A stretch of 64,000 nt of DNA from Hypanus sabinus (lineage: Eukaryota). The position numbers and the translations under genes are program-made. Location of the stretch: assembly GCF_030144855.1 (NCBI RefSeq), contig NC_082706.1, positions 4,898,001 through 4,962,000 on the forward strand. The letters run 5' to 3'. This document shows, piece after piece, positions 26,179-40,333 of this stretch. The number at the start of each line of letters is the position of its first letter. Within the stretch, counting starts at the first letter, position 1. The notes below the pieces were generated by a model. It worked only from the letters and a program-made list of their open reading frames with translations. It did not search any database and was not told the DNA's origin.

Positions 26179-26955
26179 TAGTAATAATAACTTATTTATA
26201 GAACCTCTTTTCATACCAGCAATGTAGTTTAATGTGCTTTACAATTAGATAATATGCATGCATGAAAATAAAATAAAAATACAAATAAACATAAAAATAA
26301 AGGCAGAAGGATGTTAGCTAAAAGCAAGGTTAATTAAATCGGTTTCGAGCTGGTGTCTAAAATTATCAACTGAGTGTGTATCACTTATAGTTTTATGTAT
26401 TGAATTCCATAATTTAGGAATGTAGTTCAAAAAGCAGACCTGCCAATTATATTTGAGGGAGATTGTTTAAATTGAAGAGCCTGGTGGAAGAAGAACTGAG
26501 AGTTCAAGCATGATTATAAAATGAAAATGATTCTGTGATGTACTCTGGTCCCAGACCATTGAGAGCTTAAAAACAAGTAACAGGCTTTAAAATAAATAAT
26601 AAAAGATACAGGAAGCCAATGCCGAGTCGTTAGGATGGGAGTGATATGCTCGCTCAACCTGGTTTTAATTAAAACTTTAGCAGTGGTGTTCTAAATGAGT
26701 TGAGGTTTGTCAATAGATTGCTTTGGAAGGCCAATTAAAAAGTGCCTTGCAGTAAGCTAGTCTATTTGATATGAAGAGGTGAATTAGTGTTTCAGCATCA
26801 TTATGTGATAGGAATGGACATACTGTATCTTTGCAATATTGGTTAAGTATAGAAAAGCTGCTCTGGTCACTTTCTTTATGTGGGATTTAAAATTCAAATC
26901 TGAATCAAGGATAACAGTCAGATTTGTTACTTTTGGAAGTCATAAATACACCCAA
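26179..26955 (-). mobile_element. Old L2-type LINE 3' fragment
   Basis: The reverse strand resembles the L2 RT C-terminus (ITPILTTRHWLPV..IYFK.LL-like) and ends in a (TAA)n/TTATTTATAG-type terminus. Confidence 0.6.
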
Positions 26956-28319
26956 AACTGCTAGTTGTCTGAATTATTGAAGCAACACACATAAAATGCT
27001 GGAGGAACTCAGCATCTGCAGATTTTCTCTTGTTTGTGATCTGAATTATTGACCTCAGTAAGATCTAGAAGTCTCTGATTTAACCCACTGGAAGAAGAGG
27101 TGTGCAGACATGGGGCTTCATCAGAATAACATGTCATCTGATGCCAGGTCACAAACCATATTTTCAACAATTCTAACCTACAACGGATGCTGCTCAACCT
27201 ACCATCTGCCTCCAGTATTTCACTTCTTGTGGAATATCACAAACCTGGCTGCCTTCCTAGAATCTCTCTGAGGTGCTCTTTGTATCTATTATATTTTATT
27301 TTAAATTTTTAGTTTGAATTTAACTTTTCCCTTTTTTCAAATCTTACGAGAACAACCATTCTGTGAATGCATTTCAATGCAAAATTTTAAACACAATAGA
27401 TTCTGCAGATGTTGTAAATCTTAAGCAGGTCTTGAATACGATCACATCTTATAAAGTTAAATCAAGCGACATGGGCAACAGTAGGGCTTCGCTTCCAGGC
27501 GAGCTCAATGCCTCTGTTCTTGCTTTGGCCTTCAAAACATGGAGAAACCATCATGAACTCCTACAGCCTCCAATGATTTCTGTCACTGGCCAAAGGGTTT
27601 AGCTTCACTTAACTTCCCTTGCCCCATCATTGAAATGTTCCTGTAATCAATGGAATCTCTTTCAAGTGCTCTTCATCACATTTCTCAATATTTATTTCTT
27701 ATTTATTCATTATTATCATTTCTTTCTTTTTGTAATTGCACAGTTTGTTGTCTTTCACACTGGTTGAACACCCAAGTTGGTGCCATCTTCTGTTAATTCT
27801 GTTATGGTTATTATTCTATAGATTCATTAAGTATGCACCTAAGGAAATGAATATATGTATGGTGACATATATGTATTTTGATAGTGAATTTACTTTGAAC
27901 TTCGAACAAACACTGATGAAGGTGTCACAGCCTGAGGCATCGTCTGTTTATTCATTTCCATAGATGCTGCTTGACCTGCTGAGTTCCTCCATCATTTTCT
28001 GTGTGTTATTGCAAAACCTTGCTAATTTCTCATTCGTTGGAACAGAGGCTTTTTATTTTTCAAACATAAATAAAGTTGTTAGAAAACAGAAAAGTGACAA
28101 AATCGATAGTCTTTCATTCTTGGCTCTTACTGCTTGGGCAACTTGTTGGATAAGTTTCATTCTAAAATGAAAATTTGGAAAATGCTTGTGCTTGCAAAAT
28201 ACTAAAATAATTGACTTGCTGCTTGTAATTATAACTAACCACTTTTTAAAATTATAATCCATTTCTGAGCAGAATGATCCGTGACTACTACTTGTAATAA
28301 TTGTGAAACTGGGTGGCAT

Positions 28320-28740
28320 GCATTGTGGTTAGTTGTAACTGAGTTAAATTAAATAGAGCGTTATTAGTGGTTAGGCAGCAGCTGCCTCTTGTCTGTTAGA
28401 ATGAACCATTATCAGATACTTTTGCATCTTTGAAGTACCAGTGGAGACTTTGCCCCAAGCTTTGATAGTGCAGAGGCACCGGACAGTAGTCTGTGTTACT
28501 CCCTTGTCTGAATATTGATTGCTTACTGAGTCACCAGCATTGTAATCTGCAGTCTTTGCTTCCTGGCCTACCTGCCGGAGCAGCCTGCTCATTTCTTTTC
28601 CTCAGGAGTCTGGCTGTGACAGCTGCTTTGGAGACACTGATGAGAAAGTATTATTAAGCTTTGAACAACAGAGCCTTTGTAAACTTTACTTGACTCAGAC
28701 TAATCGCTTCCTTGCTGTGGTCTTAAAGCATATTTTAAAA
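28320..28740. promoter_or_regulatory. Candidate Wnt/AP-1-responsive enhancer in non-repetitive intronic DNA
   Basis: Four CTTTGWW, two TGA(G/C)TCA and two CAGCTG motifs within about 320 bp. Function is untested. Confidence 0.3.
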
Positions 28741-30904
28741 AATTAATATCCTGATTAACCCATAAGTTTCCAGATCCTTACTGTACTAATGATCATAGGA
28801 TAGTTGGATGAGAAATAGGATATGTGCTACGTCAAAGTAAATTTATTATCAAAGTACATGTATGTCATCTTATACTTACCTTGAAATTCACTTTCTTGCA
28901 GGCATTTACAGGAAAATAAAGAAATATAATAGAATTTATGAAAAATACATAAATACTGACAAACAACCAACTGCAAAAACCAGACAAACTGTGTATTGAA
29001 TAATACTGAGAACATGAGTTGTAGAGTTCTTCAACATGAGTCTATCGGGTCCTCGAGGATGGAAGCTGCTTTCTTGTGGCAGTGCTCCATGTAAATGATC
29101 TCCGAATTTGATCAGAATTTCAAACACCTCGAACTGCTCATCAGTATGAATTGGGTTTCCACACAGACAAAATGCAACTGGATGAAACAAGGGTAGATAG
29201 TTAGCTGGCTTGATACTTGGTCTGTCAAATGGGTCATGTAAGCATTCCAAGTACTTTTTAACCATATGAATGAACATGACAAATGTTTTTTAAAAACTAT
29301 TTAGTAGATCCTCAACTACTTACAGGTTTCAGGAATTAGTTGTAGGTGAGCTAGTGTTACTGAACTGGACAGAAACGAGGATGACATTTGGGTTATGGTC
29401 TTTGGCCAGAAAGGTCTATTTTCGAAGCAAGCTTATTTCCACTTCCAGAAACAAAGATTTGAAAGGAGTTGGCCAATGGATTGCTGTTTGCTAAAAACAA
29501 ATCTCCAGTCATGAAGCTGTTTCTAGAATACTTTGTCTTTAACAAAGTAACCCTGAATTACTTGACCTCTGGGTAATTTCAGGCTAGTAATTAATATGCA
29601 CCTACTTTGTGATACATTATTTCGTTAATTGAATGGGAATGAAGGTGAATTCTCCTCATGTAAGAGGCAACAGACATGAGGATTTCCCAAAGTAATGGGT
29701 GTTTTATGAGGCTGAATATGATAAACTGAGCTCATGTGATGACAAGAGTTCCATAAGTAGTACATCTAGTTAACTTCCTGCTTTTAACATTTGAGTCTCA
29801 CACATTCATGAGCTGCCAGTGGAAGTGATGAAGGTGGGCTTGATTGAAACATTTAAGAGAAGTTTGGATATTAAAATGGATAGGAGGGGTATAGAGGGCT
29901 ATGGTCCAGGTATGGGTCGATAGGACCATGCAGATTAACAGTTTGCTATGGACTAGATGGGCTGAAGTGCTTCTGTGCTTTAGTGCTCCATAACTCTCTA
30001 TGACTGTAAAGGCAGATGTTAGAATGTGAGAGGAAGAGAAGCTGAAGTTGCAGAGAAGATGAGAAAAGGTTAGAGGACAAAAAAATATCTTTTGTGGTGA
30101 GTAAAGGTTTCCTCAAACGATGAAAATGTTTTCAAGTTGTTTGGTTTATAAGAACAGTTGGATAGAAAATGAAGGGATATAGTGAAGATGTGAGCCGTGG
30201 GTGAATCTTGAAATCAAAGGAAATGTGTTAAGAATGCCCAACAAACCAGACAGTGTCCATGGAGAGAGTTAACATAACCCATAGGTAATTTTTACAGCCG
30301 ATGCATTTCCCTGGCAAACTGGTCATTGGCTTTCTTTGATGGAATATATTTAATTATGAACACGATTGCCATTCAGCAGAGACTATACAGTTTTAGTTTG
30401 TCATTCAAATGTGGAACATGTGCTATTGAGAATTTGTCTGATGGCTGGATGTTGTAAATGTAAACCATGGGGGATGTACGTTTGAAAATATTGTGTTCAA
30501 ATTAACTTTATATTTAAAGCAGCTGCTGTAGTTTGTAAAGCCATAACTTTGCACTTTAGAAGTAATGCCATTATTGAAATGTTGTCAAGATGATATCCTC
30601 TAATAGTCCTGTTCTTTCAAGTCTATGATATCCAAACATTTGTTTTACAAATGAGCTCTTACCACCTTGCAATTTTGTCAGCTTTAGTAACTATTTATAG
30701 TTAATTGATGCTTTGGCTTCTGGTGTTTATAGTCCCAACTGTAGGATTTAATTTGTGTGTTGAGTTGAAGTGCTTTTGCCAGACATTTATAAGTAGTAGA
30801 TTTCTTTTTCATGGCATCAAGTTCCAGGTCTGGGTTCCCAAATTGGTTAATGTTATGGATCCATGGCATAAAAAAAGGGCTGGGAACCCCTGTTCTAGAT
30901 AATC

Positions 30905-32772
30905 AAATGATGAAAGGCTGAGGAGAGCAAGAAGGGGGCATGAGAAGGCCTTGGTGAATAGGGTAAAGGAAAACTCAAAGGCATTCTTCAATTATGTGAA
31001 GAACAAAAGGCTGACAGGAGTGAAGATAGGACTGATTAGAGAAAAGGGTGGGAAGATGTGCTTGGAGGCTGTGGCAGTGAGTGAAGTCCTCAATGAATAC
31101 TTCTCTTCAGTATTCACCAATGAGAGGGAACTTGATGACGGTGAGGACAATATGAGTGAGATTGATGTTCTGGAGCATGGTGATATTAAGGGAGAAGAGG
31201 TGTTGGAGTTGTTAAAATACATTAGGACGTATAAGTCCCTGGGGCCTGACGGGATATTCCTCAGGCTGCTCCACGAGGCGAGGGAAGAGATTGCTGAGCC
31301 TCTGGCTAGGATCTTCATGTCCTCGTTGTCCACAGGAATGGTACCGGAGGATTGGAGGGAGACAAATGTTGTCCCCTTGTTCAAAAAAGGTAGTAGGGAT
31401 ATCCAGGTAAATATAGACCAGTGAACCTTACATCTGTGGTGGGAAAGCTGTTGGAAAAGATTCTTAGAGATAGAATCTATGGGCATTTAGAGAATCATGG
31501 TCTGATCAGGGAGAGTCAGCATGGCTTTGAGAAGGGCAGATCGTGGCTAACCATCCTGATAGAGTTCTTTGAGGAGGTGACCAGGCATATAGATGAGGGT
31601 AGTGCAGTGAATGTGATCTACATGGATATTAGTAAGGCATTTGACAAGGTACCATACGGTAGACTTATTCAGAAAGTCAGAAGGCATGGGATCCAGGGAA
31701 GTTTGGCCAGGTGGATTCAGAATTGGCTTGCCTGCAGGAAGCAGAGGGTTGTGGTGGAGGGAGTACATTCAGATTGGAGGGTTGTGACTAGTGGTGTCCC
31801 ACAAGAATCGGTTCTGGGACCTACTTTTTGAGATTTTTATTAACGACCTGGATGTGGGGGTTGAAGGATGGGTTGGCAAGTTTGATGACACAAATGTTGG
31901 TGGTGTTGTAGATAGTGTAGAGGATTGTCGAAGATTGCAGAGGGACATTGATAGGATGCAGAAATGGGCTGAGAAGTGGCAGACGGAGTTCAACCTGGAG
32001 AAGTGTGAGGTGGTACACTTTGGAAGGACAAACTCCCAGCCAGAGTACAAAGTAAATGGCAGGATACTTGGTAGTGTGGAGGAGCAGAGGGATCTGGGGG
32101 TAAATGTCCACAGATCCCTGAAAGTTGCCTCACAGGTAGATAGGGTAGTTAAGAAAGCTTATGGAGTGTTAGCTTTCATAAGTCAAGGGATAGAGTTTAA
32201 GAATCGCGGAGTAATGATGCAGCTCTATAAAACTCTGGTGAGACCCTACTTGGGAGTACTGTGTCCAGTTATAGTCGCCTCACTATAGGAAGGATGTGGA
32301 AGCATTGGAAAGGGTACAGAGGAGATTTACCAGGATGCTGCCTGGTTTAGAGAGTATGGATTATGATCAGAGATTAAGGGAGCTAGGGCTTTACTCTCTG
32401 GAGAGGAGGAGGATGAGAGGAGACATGATAGAGGTATACAAGATATTAAGAGGAATAGATAGAGTGGACAGCCAGCGCCTCTTCCCCAGGGCACTACTGC
32501 TCAATACAAGAGGACATGGCTTTAAGGTAAGGGGAGGAAAGTTCAAGGGGGGATATTAGAGGAAGGTTTTTTACTCAGAGAGTGGTTGGTGCGTGGAATG
32601 CACTGCCTGAGTCAGTGGTGGAGGCAGATACACTAGTGAAATTTAAGAGACTAGTAGGCAGGTATATGGAGGAATTTAAGATGGAAGGTTATATGGAGGG
32701 CAGGATTTAAGGGTCGGCACAACATTGTGGGCTGAATGGGGCTGTACTATGCTGTATTGTTCTTTGTTCTTT
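30905..32772 (+). mobile_element. CR1 LINE, 5'-truncated, frameshifted RT and 3' tail
   Basis: KSLGPDGI, VVPLFKKG, DISKAFDKV, SGVPQESVLGP, GKFDDT and ERVQRRFTRMLPG motifs across four ORF pieces. Confidence 0.92.
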
Positions 32773-33632
32773 GAAATGTGATTTGCCTCAAGAAAGGTTC
32801 ATGCAAAAGATCACTCTGAAATTTAGCTCCAGGACTCTCCTAACAGAAGTGTTTTTTTCCCCAAGTATGGCAGTAAGCTATCTGGCCATGAAGCTGTCTG
32901 TGTGACAGAGATGTCAGACTTGAGAATTTAAAGGTTCTTACTAAGCCACATTCAATTAGAGTCACTCCAAAGTGACTCCATACAGTTGCTTCATACTTGA
33001 CATTTTCTAAGAAAGTAATACTTTCAAAACTTTTCATTTCTTTTTCTTTGTCTTCCAGCATGTTTTTCTGGAGTGACAGTAGTGTGCATGGTTGTTGGTG
33101 AAACCCATTGGTTCCAATAATTGGTGCTGCTGCGACTGACTTCTCCAAGAGCACCACAACCCTTGTCATTGGGTTTGGAGGCTTGCATGCTTCAATTATC
33201 CGGAGAGTTATGTTGGTTGGTGTCTGAACTTCATGCTATTGGTAGACTTTTGGTAGGGTCACTCATGCCAAACAGGTCAAAGGGTAGAGGCCAGACTGAG
33301 AGTGGTCCTGTGGTGCTCCAGGTATGGGGGATAAAACAAAACTGTTCCGGAAACAGCAATGAAGAATCCTTCTACATAACAAAAGAGAGGGCATACAACA
33401 AAGCAAAAATTAGCAGGAAGATAGAGGATTGGGAAGCTTTTAAAATCCTACAGACAGCAACTAAAAGAATCATTAGGAGGGAAAAGATAAAATATGAATG
33501 CAAGCTAACAAACAATATCAAAGTGGATAGCAAAAGCATTTTCAAGTATATAAAAATAATAAAAGATGAGAATGGATATAGGACCGCTAGAAAATGAGGC
33601 TGGAAAAATAATAACGGGGCCAAGGAGATGGC

Positions 33633-34270
33633 AGATGAACTCCCTCAATGTTGCAAAAACAAAGGAGCTGGTTATGGACTACAGGAGGTATAGAAATGGG
33701 CTAACTCCTATTGACATCAATGGATCTGGGGTTGAGAGAGTGAACAGCTTTAAGTTCCTTGGCCTACACATCACCGAGGATCTTACGTGGTCTGTACATA
33801 CCAGCTGTGTGGTGAAAAATGCACAACAGCACCTCTTTCACCTCAGATGGTTGAAGAAGTTTGGTATGGCCCCCAAATCCTAAGGACTTTCTACAGGGGC
33901 ACCATTGAGAGCATTCTGACTGGCTGTATCACCACCTGGTATGGGAACTGTTCTTCCCTCAATTGCAGGACTCTGCAGAGAGTGGTGCAGACAGCCCATT
34001 GCATCTGTGGATGTGAACTTCCCACTATTCAGGACATTTACAAGGACAGGTGCGTAAAAAGAGCCCGAAGGATCATTGGGGACCGAGTCATCCCAACCAC
34101 AAACTGTTCCAGCTGCTACCATCTGGGAAAGAGTACTGGAGCATTAAAACCAGGACCAATGGGCTCTGGGACAGCTTCTTCCACCAGGACATCAGACTGA
34201 TTAATTCACGCTGATACAATTGTATTTCTGTGTTATATTTACTGTCTGGTTGTACATACTATTTATCATG
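33633..34270 (+). mobile_element. Rex1/Babar-like LINE 3' RT fragment
   Basis: LNVAKTKELVMDYRR, FKFLGLHITEDLTWS and GTIESILTGCITTWYGNC motifs. Confidence 0.85.
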
Positions 34271-34379
34271 GTTAGAGCATTGACTGATTGGTAGGAGGCA
34301 GCGAGTGAGAATAAAAGGTTCCAGATGACTGGAAATTTGTTAATGTATATTACGGAGTTAAATTAAAAATATTAGTGCA

Positions 34380-37130
34380 AAAGCAGAAATAATTTTTCTA
34401 AAAAGTGAGGTAGTGTTCATGGGTTCAACATCCATTTAGCAGAGGAGAAAAAGCTGTTCTTGAATCACTGAGTGTGTGCCTTCAGGCTTCTGTAACTCCT
34501 TCCTGATGATGAGAAGAAAGAGAAGAGAGCGTGCCCTGAGTGATGGGGGTCTTTAATGATGGACACTGCCTTTCTGAGGTACTGCTCCTTGAACATGTCT
34601 TGGATACTACAGAGGCTAGTACCCATGATGGAGCTGACTCGTTTTACGACTTTCTGTAACTTCCTTTGATCCTGTGCAGTAGTTGCCCCCCTCATGCCAA
34701 ACAATGATGCAGTCTATCCACAGTAGATTTGTAGATGTTTTTGTATGTTTTAGGTGACAAACCAAATCCCCTGAAGCTCCTGATGAAATATAGCCACAGT
34801 CTTGCTTTCTTTATAGCTGCATTGTTATGTGGGACCAGGTTAGATCTTCAGAGATATTGACACCCAGGAACTTGAAATTGCTCACTATCTCCATTTCTGA
34901 TCCCTCTATGAGCATTGATGGGGAGGGTGCTACCAGTGATGGACTGCATTGTATCCACTACTTTTCGTGGGCTCTTCCATTCAAGGGCATTGGTGTTTCT
35001 ATACCAGGCTGAGATGCAGCCAGGCAATATACTCACCACCACACATCTATAGAAGTTTGTCAAAGTTTTGGACGTCATGCTGATTCTTTGCTAACTTCTA
35101 AGAAAGTAGAGGCACTGCCGTGTTTCTTTGTAATGGTACATGTACTTACATGCTGGACCCAGGACAGATTCTGTGAAATGATAACATCGAGGAGTTTAAA
35201 GTTGCTGACCCTCTCTATCTTGATCTCCTGATGAGCACTGGCTTGTGGACCTCTGGTTGTGGATAGTCAATTCATTGGTTTTGCTGGCATTGAGTGAGAG
35301 GTTGTTGTTATGGCACCATTCAGCCAGATTTTCAATCTCCCTCCTATATACTGATTCGTCACTACCTTTGATTTAGCCAACAACAACATGTTGTCAGCAA
35401 ACTTAGGTAGGCATTAGAATTTGGCCTCGCAGTCATAAGTATAAAGTGAGTAGAATAAGGGACTAAAATCACAGCCTAGTGGTGCACCAATGCTGCTGGA
35501 AGCTGTGGAGGAGACGTTGTTGCCAATCCGAACTGACTGGGGCCTGCAAGTGTGGAAATTGAGAATCCAGTTGCACAAGGAAGTCTCGAGGCCTAGGTCT
35601 TGGAGCTTATTGATTAGATTTGAAGTGATGATAGTATTGAATGCCAATACAGTTGAATGAAGAGCCAATGAAATGGCGCCTGCTGTCAGCCAGTCGTAAG
35701 CAAATTGGAGCATATCCAGGTCGCTCCGCAGGAGTTGATATGTTTCATCACCAACCTCTCAAAGCACTTCATCACAGTAGATATAAGTGCTGCTGGACAA
35801 TAGTCTTTGAGACAGGTTACCACATTCTTCTTGGGCACTGGTATAATTGAAGCCTGCTTGAAGCAGAGACAGGCTACCAAAGTGAGAGGTTAAAGATACT
35901 GAAACCCCTTTTTACTGGGCATCTCTAGAGATGCGACTCATTAGCCCTTCACTAACAGCCTCTGGACTCAGCGGTGAGAAAGCCACCTTTTTCAGACTCC
36001 ATATGTCTAGGGTCAATCTCGTGAGGTTGGGATGCCTTGCCCACACGAACCCTGATTTATATGATTGTTGTATAACTTGCTGCTCCCATGCAATCAGCCA
36101 TCGGCAAGAAATAACAGACTGTACACTTTACAATTATAAAGAAAATATATTCAAGAATGTTAACTTAACCAAACAGATATTAAAGAAAAGAAAGAAAAGA
36201 ACAATGGGGCCATCATAACTAAACAGTCAAATGTACACACAAGTTGGAGCTCATCTTGAAGCTGTCTTTAACTCATGAGCTGGACCCTCGGTTTGCATGA
36301 AAGCACACACAAAATCCATCTCAAACAAATGGGGTCGCCTACGGGAGTATTGGTCCTTCCTCCCTGAAGCATTCTTCTGCACAAAGCATCTTGTGCACCA
36401 GGGACGGCACCCTCACCCACCTTCCCTCCTCTCTTCTCCCAGTTCCTGCCAAAAACATCTCAATCCACGTCAGTGTCTGTCACAAAAACCTCTCCTCCCA
36501 GGTACTCGAGAACTTTCTCCCAATTCCACCACCCTGATTGGCTGACACCACATTCCTAAGTTGAATAACAAAACCCCTTAACTCAGCTCAAACTCAAAAA
36601 GGCTGAAAGCAAAGCAGACTGTCCTTACAGAACTGCTAAAATGAAATACCTACAGCATAGCAGTAAAAATCATAACCAGGGTGTTACAATGCTATCAGTG
36701 AACTCGCCGGTCAGTTTATCAGCAGAGGTCTTTAGTACTTGGTCAGGTACCCCATCCTGCCAGATGCTTTCCATGGGTTCCATGCGCTGCTTGCACATCG
36801 GCCTCAGAGACTGAAATCATCGGGTCGTGAAGGTACCTCCATGTTTTATTGGTCAAAGTGAGCATAAAAATGCATTGAGCTCATCTTGGAGCGAGACCTT
36901 GTTGTCATCTATGTCACTAGGCTTTACTTTGCAGGGAGTGATAGCATTCAAGTCCTGCCACAGCTGTTGAGCATCCTTTCCCATAGATGCTGCCAGTTTG
37001 GTCTGGAATTGCCACTTTACCTTGACCTCTTGTACTGTATCTTATTTGGTCCCCAGTCCTAAACGCCACTAATCTGGCCCTTAGCAGATTGCAAAGCTCT
37101 TGCATCAGTTGGAAGTGAAACTGTGTACAG
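34380..37130 (-). mobile_element. Fragmented Rex1/Babar-like LINE(s) interrupted by a solo-LTR-like insert
   Basis: [39 protein letters not shown]...LCNWILNF and [12 protein letters not shown] motifs. Confidence 0.8.
36066..36688. mobile_element. Probable solo LTR (623 bp)
   Basis: TG...CA termini (TGTTGTATAAC ... GTGTTACA). 5-bp flanks ATGAT (36061-36065) and ATGCT (36689-36693). GCCAATCAG box on the - strand. No coding remnant. Confidence 0.55.
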
Positions 37131-40100
37131 GATTTATTTCCTGAAGACTGGGTCTCATTTTAGTTAATCCGTAATTACACTGCCAAAATGACATAGCTAT
37201 CAGTGCAAGAGAAGTTTATAATTTAATAAATTCCAAATAACAACTTGCCGAGAGTGAATTTTATGCTATATTGCTCTTTTGAAATACAGAATGTTGTTTA
37301 TAATGAATGATTAGCAAGATTACAGAATGATCCCTTCATGATTACTATATACAGTCCAATCCATTCTATTCACTAAATATTTTTAAAGATTGCAAATGCT
37401 TTTAAAAGTGCAAAAGTTTTAACTTGGAATTATATCCCAAGTTCATACATCTGCGGAGTTGATTCAGAGATGAGGTGCATTAAAGTGCATGGGTATGAAA
37501 TTGTTTTTATATGTTCACTGCTGTTTCAGTAAAGTCTTTTTTTTCCACTAATCATTACTTGATGAGGAACACTAAGGTTGTTAACTATCACCATGAAAGA
37601 GCACAAAAATTATTATGCCCTAGAACAAGTACAAAGTTGGAGAAAGGAATATAGAAACATAGAAACATAGAAAATAGGTGCAGGAGTAGGCCATTCGGCC
37701 CTTCGAGCCTGCACCACCATTCAGTATGATCATGGCTGATCATCCAACTCAGAACCCTGTACCTGCTTTCTCTCCATACCCCCTGATCCCTTTAGCCACA
37801 AGGGTCATATCTAACTTCCTCATGATGTATGTATGATGAAACATAATGGCAAGATTTTTAACTGGTTGATTCTGCTCTTTTTGTGTCTTTTATCTCCTGT
37901 GATAGCATAGGTATTACAGCACCAGCAATCTGATTCAATTCCCACCATAGTGTGGAAGGAGTTTGTCTGTTCTCCCCAAGACTGTGTGGACTTCATCTGG
38001 CTTCCTCCTACATTCCAGAGATGTATGGTTGGGGTTGGTGAGGTGTGCGCATGCTATGTTGCCACTGATGAGACATGTAGGCTGCCCAGCACAAGCCCTG
38101 CTGAATTGATTTGTTGCAAATAACACTTCTCACTGTATTTTTGATGTTTTTATGTGCATACATGTAACAAATAAAGCTAATCTTTAAGTAATCATGTTTA
38201 GAGAAGATACTGGAATAAAATATAATTATTCCAATATCTTTTGGAGTTTCTTTTAAAATTGTCCTTTATTGTTCTTCCAAAGAGTCCAGGTGAATTTTAA
38301 AACTAGGTGGTTGTACTTTTTCATTTTTGCATAGATGGCTATTTTGAAAGTTACCTTCATTTTCTTTTGATTCACAAACTTGCATATGGGGCTGTAGTGT
38401 TGCAGTTTAGGAGAATGAGAGATGAACATTGAAAGGTATATGATCCTAAGGAGGATCACAGGGTAAATGTCAAAATGTTTGAGTCTTGAACAATGGGACA
38501 TAGTTACAACTTAAAGGAGCAGTCATTTAAAGCTGAAATGCTTAGCAATATCATCTCTCAGGGTGGTGTATCTATAGAATTCTCTACCCTAGAGGTACTT
38601 GGAAATTTGATCACTAGAGATAGTTAAAGAGAAAGTAGATACGTATGAGAAAGATTGTGGAACTGAGAGCTGTGTGGAATAGAAGAGTTGAAGACAGGAA
38701 TGGGTCATAAGGAGAGACTTGCTCCTGTTTTCCTAAGTGCATCTTGCCTGTATGCTCTATGCCTCTTGACAAAGTCAAGAATGCCAAAGGAGTTATTTCT
38801 AATAGTTTATACAAGCATGCACCCATATGCTGCTGCTCATCCACTCTTTATAGAACAGTGTCCTTTGTTTTATAGTTTCCCACCAGCCCCCCCGCCACAG
38901 ATTTCCTACCAAAATGTATGCGCTTACATCAAATTGATTTCAACTTCACCCACCACAAGTTTGTTCATTCTATCAAATTGTTATATCCTTCTGTGGTTTA
39001 TCGCTGTTCTTTTTGCAATTCATAATACTGACAGAAATTGCCAGGAGCTATTTTAAAAGAAAGATTTGCATTAGATTGAAATGAATTATCTGGGAAGAGT
39101 TTAATCTTAAGAGAACTGAATTGTTCCTTTTTAAGTGGTAAATGAATAAGTGTTATAATTATTGTTTACAGCAAGTTGAATCTATTCCCTGGTTGCCAAT
39201 TGGCAAGAATTACTTTGTTTATAGATGCCGTGGTTCATGATGGGAGATGAATATCAAAGCAATCTGTATCATTAAACTCATGAAGTTTATTTCTTCCACA
39301 GACACATTGATTTTACTACAACTCAGCCAACTTTGTGATGCAGTACTTCATAAAGTTGCTGCCTGATCACCAAATCCAGCAATTGGAGTATTAATCTGCT
39401 TATACTGATAATATGATCTGTAAGAGATTCCGATTAAGATTAGAGAGTATCTTTATTTGTCACATGTACATCAAAGTATACAGTGAAATGTGCTGCTTGT
39501 GTCAAATCAAGGTAGCAAAGATTGTGCTGGGGGGAGCTCACAACAGCACCAATGTAACATGCCAATAACTAACTCAGCATGGTTGTGGTGAGAACTCCTT
39601 ACCAACAGCAGCAGGAATTGAACTCCAGTCTTACAGCTGGTGCTCTATAGCATTGTGCTAACTGCTATACTACAATGCTATGTCTTCGTAGAATACTGGT
39701 GTTAAACTAACAATGACAGCAGGGTCCAAGCCGCAAGCGTATCGAAGCAACAGGGCCCAGGTATAAGAGCGAGGAACGACCCAATGTTTGGATGATCTAA
39801 ATGCCAGGCCAGATTGAAAAGGTCAGGGTGTCGGGACTAGAGGCAAGGGACATGTCAGTTTTGCTCTGTGCCCTGCAACGATTATGTTGCGCTGAACTGA
39901 GGTTGTGGCTCGCTCTGGCTGCGATGATGCCTGGCCCTTTGCCTGGGGACTTACTTTTGTAACACTTCAGTTATGAATGCTATTTGCTTACTTTTATAGT
40001 TTGCATGATGTCTTTTCTCTCTCTGCACATTGGCTGTTTGACGATCTTCTTTTTCTTAATGGGTTCTATTGGGTTTCTTTGTCTTGTGGCTGCCTGTAAG

Positions 40101-40333
40101 GAGATGAATCTCATGGTTATAAATATTGTACGTACTGAGATAATGAATGTACTTTGAATATGCGAGTATAATTAATTCCCAGATTGTTCTTTCATTTCCT
40201 AAGTACCAAAAAACATACATTGTTTTGCCGTACTGTTTTGGCAATGATTTTGGTCCATGCTGTTCTTATGGTAGTTACTTAAGACTGTTATGTTAGTAAA
40301 TTCTAACCAGTTTTCTCTGCCTTCTTTGAACAG

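Noticed and set aside
33373-34330. CR1/Rex chimeric junction suggesting a hybrid retroelement
   Set aside because: CR1 sequence resumes after the Rex 3' end, so a simple nested insertion explains it.
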